NCBI GenBank assembly: GCA_965637545.1 | Contig: OZ281500.1 | Span: 8,680,001 to 8,744,000 of the forward strand | DNA from: Phallusia mammillata | Taxonomy: Eukaryota | Direction: 5' to 3' | Length of the DNA: 64,000 bases | Shown here: in pieces, positions 49,651 to 63,400 of the stretch | Layout: every line of letters begins with the position of its first letter | Position numbering within the stretch: the first letter of the stretch is position 1 | Notes under the pieces: generated by a model | The model's input: the letters and a program-made list of their open reading frames with translations, nothing else | Database searches by the model: none | What the model was told of the DNA's origin: nothing | Position numbers and translations under genes: made by a program

Positions 49651-51490
49651 TCAACCAGTTACTTCCATATACAAAGTTTGTACTTCAGCTCCTCGTATTA
49701 ATGCCCTTTTCATACATTTTTCAACATGCTCTTCTTGAAGCGTTACACCACCTGACCAAAACATAGTAGATTTACAGTGCAAATAAAAGTATATTACTGA
49801 CATACCTGGTCGTTCCATATAAATAATGCGACCTTGCTGGTCTGTGACTATTGTCAACTGCCCTTCAGTTAGTTCTTCCTCCATTGAGGTTGGGTCCGCA
49901 ATAATGTTTGACCTACAATTTCATAGATTTTTAAGAATCAGATTTTTTGCTGCTTTAAGAAGTCTAAATTTCTACACTGTTCAAGAACTTACAACACACC
50001 TATCAAATACACGGAACGTTGTTGAAACAGGACAGCTACAAAGCTTTAATGTGGCAGTGCATTTCAGATTAACTTCAACACTTTCACATTCCTCATTAAT
50101 TTTCACTTCAGGCAGTTTGACTGAAAAAAGTACATATTATCATTGAGCTTTAGGGTTTACAAAAATGTGTCAACTAACCAGTGTTAAACAAATAAAGGGA
50201 AGTTACTGATACTGGTGTGATAAAAACAAATATTACCATTCTGCAGTGCTGCCATCAATGATATTACTGATGCATCGACAATGTTTCCATCATAGTCAAT
50301 ACAGATTAAATCACAATATAGAATCCAAACCAATTTGTCATTCTCCACACAAAGATCATCAAGACATATTAAATTGGTGCTAAAGGCAATGTATATTTTT
50401 ATTTTAATCTGTAGTCTTATAAAGCTTATTTATCATTACCTTTGTATCAAGTTATCTAAAAACTTTGTGACCACTTGTGCTTGATCGCATGGTGGACCAG
50501 GTTTAAATTTCGGAGAACAAAGAGGTGAAAGTTCAACATTGGGAACTACATATCAGAGAAGCATTAAAAACAATAAACTGTACAAGGATGATATCATACC
50601 AACGATCCCCTTTCCAGGATGACTAGCATTCGGTTCAGTTAGTTCAGCTTTTATTCCACACACCACAGTAGTATTTCCAACTTTGACAAGTGAAGAGCCA
50701 CTGGCAGTGGATATTGACCCTTAACGAAAAAAGGTATTGCTAAAGAAATATTGCCACCAGAATTTATCACCAGTATGCAATATATTGTATCAGTCTTTTT
50801 AGTTTTTAATAATATAAATGATATCATTTATCGAGCAATCCATTTAAATCTTACTACTATATTGTTTAGCAGCCCTTAATTGGTTGAAAAAAAATAAGTT
50901 AAAAGCACAGTTTCAAAAAACATTTTTTTAACCAAAACGTAAGAAACACTTAAACAATGACTTTCACGACTTAACAATCTTACCAACATTTAAAACCATT
51001 GGTCTCATTTCCATCAGCATTCTTCCATCAGGTCGGATTCCTTCTTTCTGTAAAGAAAAACAAATCTTTTTTCACCTGAACAAAAAAAAATCAAGCTAAA
51101 TTTATCAACATTTCATAAAACAACTGTCATTCAACTGTTGTTAGTGTTAGGAACAGGTTGGCTTTTTGATATTGCATTAAGCCATAAAATAATGTAAGTA
51201 CCAAATGTAAATGTAATATGATCTATGTTTTAAAAAAACTGGAAACGCCCATAACACAAACATGTGCACACTTTTATTTCTTACCAAATGCAATTTGTAG
51301 AAATCATCAGATTTATCATTTCTATAAAAAACAAAATGGGAAAAGTAATACTATATATTTTAGGTAACTAAAGTGTTCACTGTTCACCAGCTATAAAATT
51401 ACATGAGCTAGTCACACTTTATAAAAGTAGACTTTACATTTCAGTAGTTACATATCTTTACTTCTGCACTTACATGAGGAAATTCATCAT
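49651..51490 (-). CDS. EXOSC8: Exosome complex component RRP43 (RNase PH-like)
   Basis: Exons read [96 protein letters not shown] and [12 protein letters not shown]. The exact first exon or exons are uncertain. Confidence 0.93.
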
Positions 51491-51949
51491 AAATAATTTT
51501 GGTTTCCAATTAAATAGTGTTCAGGGTATCTGTCCAAATAAACATGCAAACTGCTTTAAGCAAACTTACCAATTTCGCGGTATATATTATGCATCTAATT
51601 TGACATAATATCATGCATACTATTATCATTAGAACATTAAACAGTCGATTGTTAACTTTGTGTATGTTACGTGTCACGTGTGCATACGTTTGTTTAATAC
51701 ACAAACAATATTGAAAATACAGTATAGTTTAAAAAATCAACCCCTACAGTCGCAGTTGTCCAGTGCTTGATTTGATTACTGTTCGCATAATCCCAGTGTT
51801 TAAAACCCTAGGCCAAACAGAACCAACCGGTAACAATATGAAATGTATGTTTTTGAATTTCTGAATTCTGATCAGTAAAATTTAGGGTAGAACTGGCAGT
51901 TTTGGAAACTACAGCATAATGTGTTTAGGTAGTTGTCGCAAGATTATTT

Positions 51950-52250
51950 AATTTCTATTAACCAGCAGAGTGCTGATTAAGCCCTAATATTGTCATCGAT
52001 TTCGCAAGCCGTGTACGTGACGTAGCGAACGAACTAAGAACAAAGCATTAAGCAACCGACTTCGATCTGTGATGCTGTTGCGTTGCGCAACAACGTCCTA
52101 ACTGCTTTTCTGTTGCGTCACAGCTTTTTTCGTCATGTGACGTGTTGCACCAGAAAAGTCGCGATGTCTGGAGAAAAAACGCAAAGCAAACGTCAAAGAC
52201 GCAATGCATTGTGGGAAGAAAAACTGTCCAATGAGATGGAAGTAACATCA
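51950..52250. promoter_or_regulatory. CpG-richer island upstream of EXOSC8; candidate bidirectional promoter
   Basis: Local CpG enrichment with repeated (g)tgacgt motifs (~52017, ~52137). It lies just upstream of the EXOSC8 start and of plus-strand splice-like signals. Confidence 0.35.
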
Positions 52251-52427
52251 AGCAACTGCGAGTTTAATGTTAATCCGCTATAATGTTTCCACAATATTTC
52301 ATAATTTAATGCAAATTTGAAAAACAAATTTTCTACGGCTTAACTTAAAAATTGCTTTTGTGTTTCTTTTGCATACAATTGTGCTGAAAAACACTTTATA
52401 ATGTACAAAGATATCATTTTATATCAG

Positions 52428-53532
52428 GCGGATGAATACATGACGTCACACTGTTTACCACTATGGGAACTGTTCATCTTCAGTGAAGCAACCCGAATCC
52501 ACCATTTCTGCTGTTGCAAGTTGTGAATAGGTTGTTGGTTTTCGTCTTTGTAGTTGTTGTCGGTCAGCTAACAAACCAAGTGAAAGATGTTGTCAAGGAA
52601 TTGAATTAGAGGAATATTATTATCACGGCTTGAGAATGGTACAGGTTTGCGTGACTTGGTGTAATGGCTAATAGGCTTGCGCTGCGCTTGTGTACGGATC
52701 GCCAGAATTTGCTCTTTTCTTGAGTGCTTGACACCAAAGATAACAAGATAAATGGTAAGCAGTGTTTATGATATGATTTAAACTGTGTAATTTTTAAACC
52801 TTCGCTTTGGAACTTTTTTTAAACAAAAATAACTTAATTCTTAGGTAACTTGAATGAATGGAGAATTGCCCTTTTATTTTCTTGTCTACGTGGTGTTAGT
52901 TGCTTAGCTTCAAACATACGTACTAGGCGATCAGGGCAGGGACTGTGTGTCTGTATTCCAGTTTACCATAAGAAAGGCAAGATTTGCATGTAAAGGAAGC
53001 AGTCCAACTTTTTTGTCATTGAGGTAAAAACGATTTTTACTTTGTGTTCTTTAAGGAGTTTAGCTTTTAGACTTGTACATCTGTGTCACACAGTTTACTC
53101 ACTGTGTTTGTAAGAAAAACTGATGTAGTCATAATTCAATATTTTTGTCATATTGCAATAGACTATCAAATGGTGATTTCGATACAAAACCTATATGTTC
53201 ATGAACAAACTAGGCAGCCTAGTTTTAACAACTTGTAAAAAAAATATATCTTAAACAAAATTACACCAAACAACAGCCAAAAATTTTTAAATGTGCTTTA
53301 ACAAACATTTTGGTTTCAGTGTTTGCGGCTTTGTCTGTCTGGTTTGGTTTTCTTGAAGAAACAACTGTAGATGTTTTTTTTCTCATGGCATTGGTCATTA
53401 ATACTAGTGGAAAAAATCAGTCCTGAATTCAGCAGTATATGTTCAACATCACACAAAGATTCTGAAGAAACACATGTCATCACATTAGCTTTATGCAACA
53501 CAAAGAGTTTTGTCACATTGCAAATGCTAAAG
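52428..53532 (+). ncRNA. Candidate exons of a spliced non-coding transcript heading toward the tandem array
   Basis: AG|...|GT-bounded blocks at 52428-52754 (donor gtaagc), 52845-53023 (gtaaaa) and 53320-53532 (gtatct). No continuous ORF runs across them. There is no expression evidence. Confidence 0.25.
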
Positions 53533-54499
53533 GTATCTTTGGTAGTATGCACATTGGAAATTTGTTCTAAAGAAGGTCGGTAAAATTTACCAATGTTGGA
53601 AATTCCAAAAAAAAACTAGAATCCTCTTGGGTTGCATTATTGAAACAACATGTTTTTTGTGTGGAGTCAAACATTGATTATGCAAGTTAAAAATATTTAC
53701 ATTTGATTGTTTTTGAAGTGCTGATTTATTTCCATTACATAAGATACCATAGCACACATTTTTAACTTGTCCTTTCAACAAAAGCCTATAAATTTCACTC
53801 ACTACAAATCTTATGTCTGTTACTTGAAAAATGTACAAAATTTGTTTTAGGTTGTATTGAAAGAAATTGTTCTTGCATAGTGGTCAAACACTTTTCAGTG
53901 ATATTAGAAATCCTGTTTTAAATTACAAAACAACTAAATGCTTAATACAATGTGATGATGGTAGGTGAATGTCATTCGGTACTATGTGTGGTCATTTTAT
54001 GTTTTAAGGACATAACAGGCTTTGATTGCAGACGAACATTGCTTCCGTTTTATTTTATCAGTGAAAAGTCATTCTTCTGTATGTATGGAGGTCGTAAGCA
54101 TAAAGATTCAATACTTTTCTTCTGCTTGCAATTGTGTACGTTTTAGGGTGGTAACTCTTATTGCAGGAATAAAAACGTGGAAGATGCAATCGGCTTTCCC
54201 TGTGCACAAAACTTAGGTCTAAAAATGTCAGCAACTGCAGGAAATAGAATTATTCTCCCAAATGCGAAATCTAATTTATTCAAAGAAAATAAAACAAATT
54301 AACAACCAAACAAATGGTAATATGTATACAATGTATGAAGGTATGAGAAACCCTATCTGTGTTGCAGGATTGAGTGGAGTTTTTCAGTGAAACGTATGTT
54401 GTGTCAACATTTTTGTGGTGGAAAAATGGTGCTCAGATAATATTTGTAAGTGTGGGATTAAATTGTTTTGGACAGTAGCAGAAGTTGTGTGATACCTTA

Positions 54500-57400
54500 A
54501 TCAACCTGTGTTCAGACTTTTGAATGTTCAGTAGGCAAAAATCATATGTTACAGGCATAATAAAGTGATCTGCAATAATTTTTTCCACTGGCTTAAAAAA
54601 AGATTCACCAAGACAAGAGCAAGGCACATGCAAAGTATGCTTCACTGTCCCTACTATCCCAAACAGACTGTGCTTTAAAGCGAGGATTGACGAAATGTGA
54701 ACCACAACTATCGTACCACCCCCCCAAAAAACACTCAAAATTCAGCAGTTTGGTTTTTAACATAGTGTGCCAAATGTAGAATGTAAGAAATATTTTAACA
54801 GGTATTTCCACAAGCAAGGATGTGTGAAAATGTTTCATATCAAGGTTTGGCGGTCAGATTCGATCTCTGTTGCTTAGCTGCTTTGCAGAAATTCTTTTCT
54901 TGCCACATTGTTAACAGGCTGCATGAGAGTTGTGCTACAGCATTTATCAAACAAGCCACTCCAAAGAGTAACCACTGGTAAAAGTGTTAGTCTGTAAGAT
55001 GTAATATTAAGGCAGGTCCAATAATTGTGTTTCAGGCTTAAACTCATTGAGAACCTGTGCTCGGAAGCAATTAATACTTTAAACCGAACAACTATGTACC
55101 TCTGCTTATACAAGCCATGATTTTAATCAAGACATTGATTCTACATTAAGACACACAAATAGGTTTCAGTTGTTGCCTATCTATGTTCAACATGTAGCTG
55201 TTTTTTTGTTTAAACATAAAATATGTTCCGTAGGCAATAACCATATGTTACAGGCATGATACAGTTCTTTGCATTCAATTTTCGTTACACTGACTGAATA
55301 AACATCGCCCCAAACAAGAGCAATGCGCCTGAGAAGTATGCTTCACTCCAGATTGTTATCGGTTCCAGGAAGTCTAAACTTAAAAGTGTTTTGTGACTGC
55401 GTGTAGGGAAGGTTGTGGTTCTTGTTGCAGGGCCTGTTTTCTATAGGATGAAACTGATCTCTTTATCCCCAACAAACTTCAAATGTAAACAAGGAACCAG
55501 CGAAAGTGTGCATCACAACTACAGCGCTAAGTACATTTGTACTACTTGTAACACCCTAAAATAACATTCAAAATTTTCCAGTCTGTTGTGTCAATATACT
55601 GCGCTAGATGTAGGATGTCAGAAATATTTTACAGACATTTCCGAAAGCCCGACCGCTGGTGTGTGAAATGGTTTCGTATCGAGGTTTGCCCGTCAGGTTT
55701 TGGTTTCTGGTGTTTTGGAATTAGCCGGTTTGTAGAAAATATTTGCTCGCCATTTTGTTTACAGGTTGCATGAGAGTTGTGCTACAGCATTTATCAAGAA
55801 ATCTACTTTAAAGTGTAACCACTGGTAAAAAGCATTGAATGAAATATTTAGGTAGGAACAATAACTGTGTTTCAGGGTTAAACTCTCCCCATTGGCAAAA
55901 GTACGGTCCCTGTGGTAAAGACATGCAAAGTTGCTTACGAAGACTTTCACCATATTTTTTTCATTGGCACCTGCCCGAAAATGGAATCGTTGTGCTTTAA
56001 CATACACATCATTCAAAACATTGTGGTTTGATCTTGCACTTTTGCACATTGTATGTATTTTGGGTATACATATTTTTTTTCAAATCCTGTTTTAAATGCA
56101 CATCGCTGTTAAAATGAAGTGAGATTTACTATTTGTACCCCTAATTGTGATAGGTAGGACAGTAACCATGTATTACAGGTATAATACAGACAACTACAAG
56201 TGATTCCACTAAACGCAGCGAAAGAAAACACTCGGTGTCTGCGATATAATTTGGTAAAGGTGGATGAAAAATTGAGTCCAGATAACTGTTGGCAACCTGA
56301 CCGCATTGTTGTTACTTTGTTAAGTTGTGATTTTAGTAGGTTAGTAACTCTTGTTTCAGAACTAATTTTCAATCTGTTGAAAGTATTTTTACAATTGCGA
56401 CTCCTGCACTCTGGTGATTGAAAATGCGCTTGAGATGATGAGATAAGACGCAACAACTACTCGCTCAAATCCATATAAATTGTAATGTTATGTAACTAGA
56501 TGTAGGATATCCCAACATATTTTGCAGATATGCATTATCCAAACTCATTACACGACTCTGGGAAAGCATTATACTAGGAAGTTTGCTAACCTAAAGATAT
56601 GTTTTCATACTTTTAATGGTTCCAAGCTTATAGGATTTATGAATGTGGTTAGTTTGCGCAATACTTGCACTCTTTTTTTGTGTGATGTGTAAAATATCCG
56701 ATATAGTGTGAAACTGTGTAATGACTGTTGTGAAAATGTTTTGGTAGGGCCAATGACTGTGTTTCAGGCATCAACTATTCCGGTTTGCGAGAACCTGTGC
56801 TTTGCAGCCAACTATGTACCTCTGCTTACTTGAGCCAGGATTGCGATCAAGACTTTGATTCTGCACTAAGACACTCACATATCAATAGGTTTTAATTGTT
56901 GCCAATCTATGTTCAACACGAGACTGTATTTTTTGTTTTTACGTAAAATATTTTCTGTACGCAATAACCATATGTTACAGGCATGATACAGTTTTCTGCA
57001 GTCACTTTTTTCCCTCTGACTGAATAAACATCGCTCCAAACACGAGCAATGCGCCTGAGAAATATGCTTCACTCCAGATTGTTATCGGTCCCAGGGAGTC
57101 CAGGGAGAAGTGTTTTGTAACTGTGTGTAGGAAAGGATGTGGTTCTTGTTGCAGGCCTTTTTTTGTATAGGATGAAACTGATCTATTTATCCCCAACAAA
57201 CTGATTGTAAGCACGGAATTGGCAAAGTGTGCACCACAACTACAGCGCTAAGTACATTTGTACCACCCAAAAAAGGGTCCAAAATTTCCAGTCTGTTATG
57301 TAAATATACTGTGCTATATGTAGGAGGTCAGAAATATTTTTACAGGCATTTTCAAAAGCCGGACAGCGCATGTGTGGAAATATTTCATATTGAGGTTTGC

Positions 57401-60400
57401 CCGTCTAGTTTTGGTTTCTGATGCTTTGCAATTACGCGATTTGTAGAAAATATTTGCTCGCCATCTTGTTTACAGGTTTCATGAAAGTTGTGCTACAGAA
57501 TTTATCAAGAAAGCTACTTCAAAGTGTAACCACTGGTAAAAAGCCTTGAATGAAATATTTAGGTAGGAGCATTAACTGTGTTTCAGGGTTAAACTCTCCC
57601 CATTGGCAAAGGTATTGTTTCCGTGATAAAGACATGCCAAGTTACTTATGAAGCGTAATATCCCTTTCACCATACTTTTTTCCTTGACACCTACCTGAAA
57701 ATGGAATCATTGCACTATAACATACACATCATTCAAAACATTGTGGTTTGATCTTGCACTTTTGCACATTGTACGTATTTTGGGTATACATGTTTTTTTC
57801 AAATCCTTTTTTTAATGCACATCGGTGTTAAAATGAAGTAAGGTTTACTATTTGTTCCCCTAATTGTGCTAGGTAGGGCAGTAACCATGTATTACAGGTA
57901 TAATACAGACAACTACAAGTGATTCCACTAAACGCCGCGAAAGAAAACACTCGGTATCTGCGATATAATTTGGTAAAGGTGGATGAAAAATTGAGTCCAG
58001 ATAACTGTTTTCAACCTGACTTCATTGTTGTTACTTTGTTAAGTTTTGATTCTGGTAGGTTAGTAACTCTTGTTGCAGAACTAGGACATGTTTCTACAGT
58101 TGCGACTCCTGGGCACTGCTGATCGAAAATGCGCTTGAGATGTTGAGATAAAACGCAACAACTACTCACTCAAATCCATATAAATTGTAATGTTAAGTAA
58201 CTGGATGTAGGATATCCCAACATATTTTGCAGATATGCATTATCCAAACTCTTTACACGATTGTCGGAAAACATTACATTAGGAAGTTTGCTAATCTAAA
58301 GGTTTGTTTTCATACTTTTGAAGATTCTAAGCTGATAGGACTTACGAATGTGTTTACTTTGCGCATGCTTCTTGCAGTCATTTTTGTGTGATGTGTAAAA
58401 TGTCCGATATATTGTGAAACTGTGTAATGACTGGTGTGAAAATGTTTTGGTAGGGCCAATAACTGTGTTTCAGGCATCAACTATTCCGGTTGCGAGAACC
58501 TGTGCTTTGCAGCAATTAATACTAACAACTATGTACCTCTGCTTACTTGAGCCAGGATTGCGATCAAGACTTTGATTCTGCACTAAGACACTCACATATC
58601 AATAGGTTTCAATTGTTGCCAATCTATGTTCAACACGAGACTGTATTTTTTGTTTTTGCGTAAAATATGTTATGTAGGCAATAATCATATGTTACAGGCA
58701 TGATACAGTTTTCTGCAGTAACTTTTTTCCCTCTGACTGAATAATTATCGCCCCAAACAAGATCAATGCACCTGAGAAATATGCTTCACTCAGATTGTTA
58801 TCGGTTCCAGGGAGTCCAGGGAGAAGTGTTTTGTAACTGTGTGTAGGAAAGGATGTGGTTCTTGTTGCAGGGCTTTTTTTGTATAGGATGAAACTGATCT
58901 ATTTATCCCCAACAAACTGTGATTGTAAGCACGGAATTGGCAAAGTGTGCACCACAACTACAGCGCTAAGTACATTTGTACCACCCCAAATAATGCTCCA
59001 AAATTTCAAGTTTGTTATGTAAATATACTGTGCTATATGTAGGAGGTCAGAAATATTTTTACAGGCATTTTCAAAAGCCGGACAGCGCATGTGTGGAAAT
59101 ATTTCATATCGAGGTTTGCCCGTCAGGTTTTGGTTTCAGATGCTTTGGAATTACCCGGTTTGTAGAAAATATTTGTTCACAAGTTGCATAAGAGTTTTGC
59201 TACAGCATTTATCAAGAGAGCCACCACTGGTAAAGAGTGTTAGATGAAATATTTAGGTAAGAACATTAACTGTGTTTTAGGGTTAAACTCATCCCGTTGG
59301 CAAAGATATTGTTTCAGCGATAAGGATGTGCGAAGTTACTACCGAAGCATAGAATCCCTTTCACCTAATTTTTTCTGTTCAAGAAATCAAATCATTGCGC
59401 CTTAACAGATACATCATTTGACACATTCTGGTTTGATCTTGCACATTGTATGTATTTTGGGGATTCTTATTTTTTTTCAAATCCTATTGTTAGTGCACAT
59501 TTACGTTAAAATGAAGTAAGGTTTACTATGCGTTTTCTTAATTGTGCTAGGTAGGGCAGTAACCATGTATTACAGGTATAATACAGACAACTACAAGTGA
59601 TTCCACTAAACACGCTGAAAGAAAATTAAATGACTCGATATCTGCGATTTGATTTTGTAAAGGTGGATAAAAAATTGAGCCAAGATAAATATTTGCAACC
59701 TGACTGCATTGTTGGTACTTTTTTAAGTTTTGATTGTGGTAGGTTAGTAGCTGTTGTTGCAGAACTTATTTTCAATCGGTTGGAGCCATTTTACAATTAT
59801 GAGTCTTACACACTGCTGATCAAAAAAGCGCTTGAGATGATGAGATAAATTCATATAAATTGTAATGTTCAGTCACTAGATGTAGGATATCGCAACATAT
59901 TTTGCAGATATGCATTATCCAACCTTTTTACACGACTGTCGGAAAACATTACATTAGGAAGTTCACCAATCTAAAGGTTTGATTCATACTTTTTATGATT
60001 CGATGCTTTAATGGATTTGTGAATGTGTTTACTTTGCGCAATACTTCTTGCACTCATTGTTTCGGGGACGTGTGAAATGTTTGATAAATGGTGAAGCTGT
60101 GTAATGACTGGTGTGAAAATATTATGGTAGGGCCAATAACTGTGTTTCAGGCTTCAACTTTTCCAGTTTGCCAAGACCTGTGCTTTGCAGCAAATAATAC
60201 TCTTAACAACTACGTTCCTCCACTTACATGAGCCCTGATTGTGATCAAGGCATTGATACTGCATTAAGACACACATACACCAATAGGTTTCAATTGTTTC
60301 ACATCTATTTTAACATGTGGCTGTTTTTTTTTGTTCTTACATAACATATGTTTTGTAGGCAATAACCATATGTTACAGGCATGACACAGTTCTCTGCATT

Positions 60401-63400
60401 AACTTTTTTTCCACTGACTGAATAAACATCGCCCCAAACAAGATCAATGCGCCTGAGAAATATGCTTCACTCCAGATTGTTATCGGTTCCAGGGAGTCAA
60501 AACTTAAAAGTGTTTTGTAACTGTGTGTAGGGAAGGTTGTGGTTCTTGTTGCAGGGCCTGTTTTCTATAGGATGATCTCTTTATCCCTAACAAACTTCGA
60601 TTGTAAGCAAGGAATCGGCGAAGTGTGAACCTCCACTACAGCGCTAAGTACATTTGTACTACTTGTATCACCCCGAAATAACGCTCGAAAATTTCCAATC
60701 TGTTATGTAAATATACTGTGCTAGATGTAGGATGTCAAAAATATTTCACAGGCATTTCTCAATACCCGACCGCTGATGTGTGAAAACGTTTCATATCGAG
60801 GTTTGCCCGTCAGGTTTTGGTTTCTGATGTTTTGGAATTACCCGGTTTGTAGAAAATATTTGCTCGCCATCTTGTTTACAGGTTGCATGAGAGTTGTGCT
60901 ACAGAATTTGTCATGAAAGGCACTTCAACGAGTAACCACTGGTAAAATGCGTTAGATGAAATATTTAGGTAGGAACATTAACTGTGTTTCAGGATTAAAC
61001 TCTTCCCATTGTCAAAGATTGTCTCAGCAATAAGGATGTGCCAAGTTATTACCGAAGCATTGAATCCCTTTTTCCCTATTTTTTCCATTCGATCTGGCCC
61101 TAAAATTGAATCATTGCGCCTTAACATATTTATCATTCAAAACATTGTGGTTTGATCTTGCACATTGTATGTATAATATTTTGGCTGTATATATTTTTTT
61201 CAATTTCTGTTTTTAATGCACTTTGGTGTTAAAATGAAGTAAATAAGGTATGCTATATGTTCTTTTAATTGTGCTAGGTGGGGCATTAACCATGTATTTC
61301 AGGTATAATACAGACAACTACAAGTGATTGCACTAGACAACATGAAAGAAAATTACATGACTAGGTATCTGCGATTTAATTTGGTAAAGGTGGATGAAAA
61401 ATTAAGCCAAGATAAATATTTTCAACCTGTCTGGATTGTTGTTACTTTGTTAAGTTTTGATTGTAAGTCCTACACACTGCTGGTCATAAATGCGCTTAAG
61501 ATGATGAATCAAAATGCAACAACTACTCACTCAAATCCATATAAATTGTAATGTTAAGTAACTAGATGTAGGATATCCCAACATATTTTGCAGATATGCA
61601 TTATCTAAACTCATTGCAAGGCTGTCAGAAAACATTACATTAGGAAGTTTGCCAATCTAAAGGTTTGTTTTCATACTTTTTATGATTCGCTGCTTAATAA
61701 GATTTGTGAATGTGTTTACTTTGCGCAATACTTTTTGCACTCATTTTTTTCGGGGACATGTGGAATGTCTGATAAATTGTGAAGCTGTGTAATGACTGGT
61801 GTGAAAATATTATGGTAGGGCCAATAACTGTGTTTCAGGCTTCAACTTTTTCCGGTTTGCTAAGACCTGTGCTTTGCAGCAAATGATACTCCTAACAACT
61901 ACGTTCCTCTGCTTACATGAGCCCTGATTGTGATCAAGACATTGATACTGCATTAAGACACACATACACCAATAGGTTTCAATTGTTTCACATCTATTTT
62001 AACATGTGGCTGTTTTTTTTTGTTCTTGCATAACATGTTTTGTAGGCGATAACCATATGTTACAGGCATGATACAGTTCTCTGCAGTAACTTTTTTCTTC
62101 CACTGACTGAATAAACATCGCCCCAAACAAGATCAATGCACCTGAGAAATATGCTTCACTCCAGATTGTTATCGATTCCAGGGAGTCAAAACTAAAAAGT
62201 GTTTTGTAACTGTGTGTAGGGAAGGTTGTGGTTCTTGTTGCAGGGCCTGTTTTCTGTAGGATGAAACTGATCTCTTTATCCCAAACAAGCTGCGTAAGCA
62301 AGGAATTGGCGAAATGTGCACCACAATTACAACGCTAAGTACATTTGTACTACTTGTAACACCCAAAATACAGCTCGGAAAATTTCCAGTCTGTTATGTA
62401 AATATACTGTGCTAGATATAGGATGTCAGAAATATTTTTGCAGGCATTTCCAAAAGCCTGACCGCTTATGTGTGAAATTGTTTTCTGTGGAGGTTTGCCA
62501 GTCAGGTTTTGGTTTCTGGTGTTTTGGAATTAGCCGGTTTGTAGAAAATATTTGCTTGCCATCTTGTTTACAGTTTGCATGAGAGTTGTGCTACAGCATT
62601 TATCAAGAAAGCCACTTCAAAGAGTAACCACTGGTAAAATGCGTTAGATGAAATATTTAGGTAGGAATATTAACTGTGTTTCAGGGTTAAACTCTCCCTA
62701 CTGGCAAAGATATTGTCTCCGCGATAAGGAATCCCGCCACCATACTTTTTTACCTTCAAAACCAAATGGTATGAAATGACCAATGTCTTCTCCACCTGCT
62801 ACATTTCATTAGTTGTGTTGGTTTATTGGATTAAACGGTTGACCTCCAAACGCCTGGCATAAAATCGAATGATTGCGCCTTTACATACACATCACTGAGA
62901 ACATTGTGGTTTGATCTTGCACTTTTGCACATTGTATGTATTTTGGCTATACAGATTTTTTCCAAATCTTGTTTTTAATGCACATCGGCGTTAAAATGAA
63001 ATAAGGTTTACTGTTTGTTCCCCTAATTGTGCTAGGTAGGGCAGTAACCATGTATTACAGGTATAACACAGACAACTACAAGTGATTCCACTAAACGTTG
63101 CGAATAAAAATTACTTGACTCTGTATCTGCGATTTAATTTGGTGAAGGTGGATGAAAAATTGAATCAAGATAACTGTTTTCAACCTGACTGCATTGTTGT
63201 TACTTTGTTAACTTTTGGTTTTAGTTGGTTAGTAACTTTTGTTTCAGAACTAATTTTCAATCTGTTGGGTGTGTTTTTACAATTGCGAGTCCTGCACACT
63301 GCTAATCAAAAATGTGTCTGAGATGATGAGATGAAATACAACAACTACCCACTCACATCTATATAAATTGTAATGTTAAGTAACTAGATGTAGGATATCC

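Noticed and set aside
56200-63321. Recurrent 67-79 aa ORFs (MIPLNAAKEN...) listed in the ORF track
   Set aside because: They recur because the DNA is repeated. Most start at GTG, their lengths and C-termini differ, and no domain is recognisable.
56430-63330. ATGATGA (box C-like) motif in A monomers as a C/D snoRNA
   Set aside because: No CTGA D box or terminal stem was seen at a suitable distance, and one copy is mutated.
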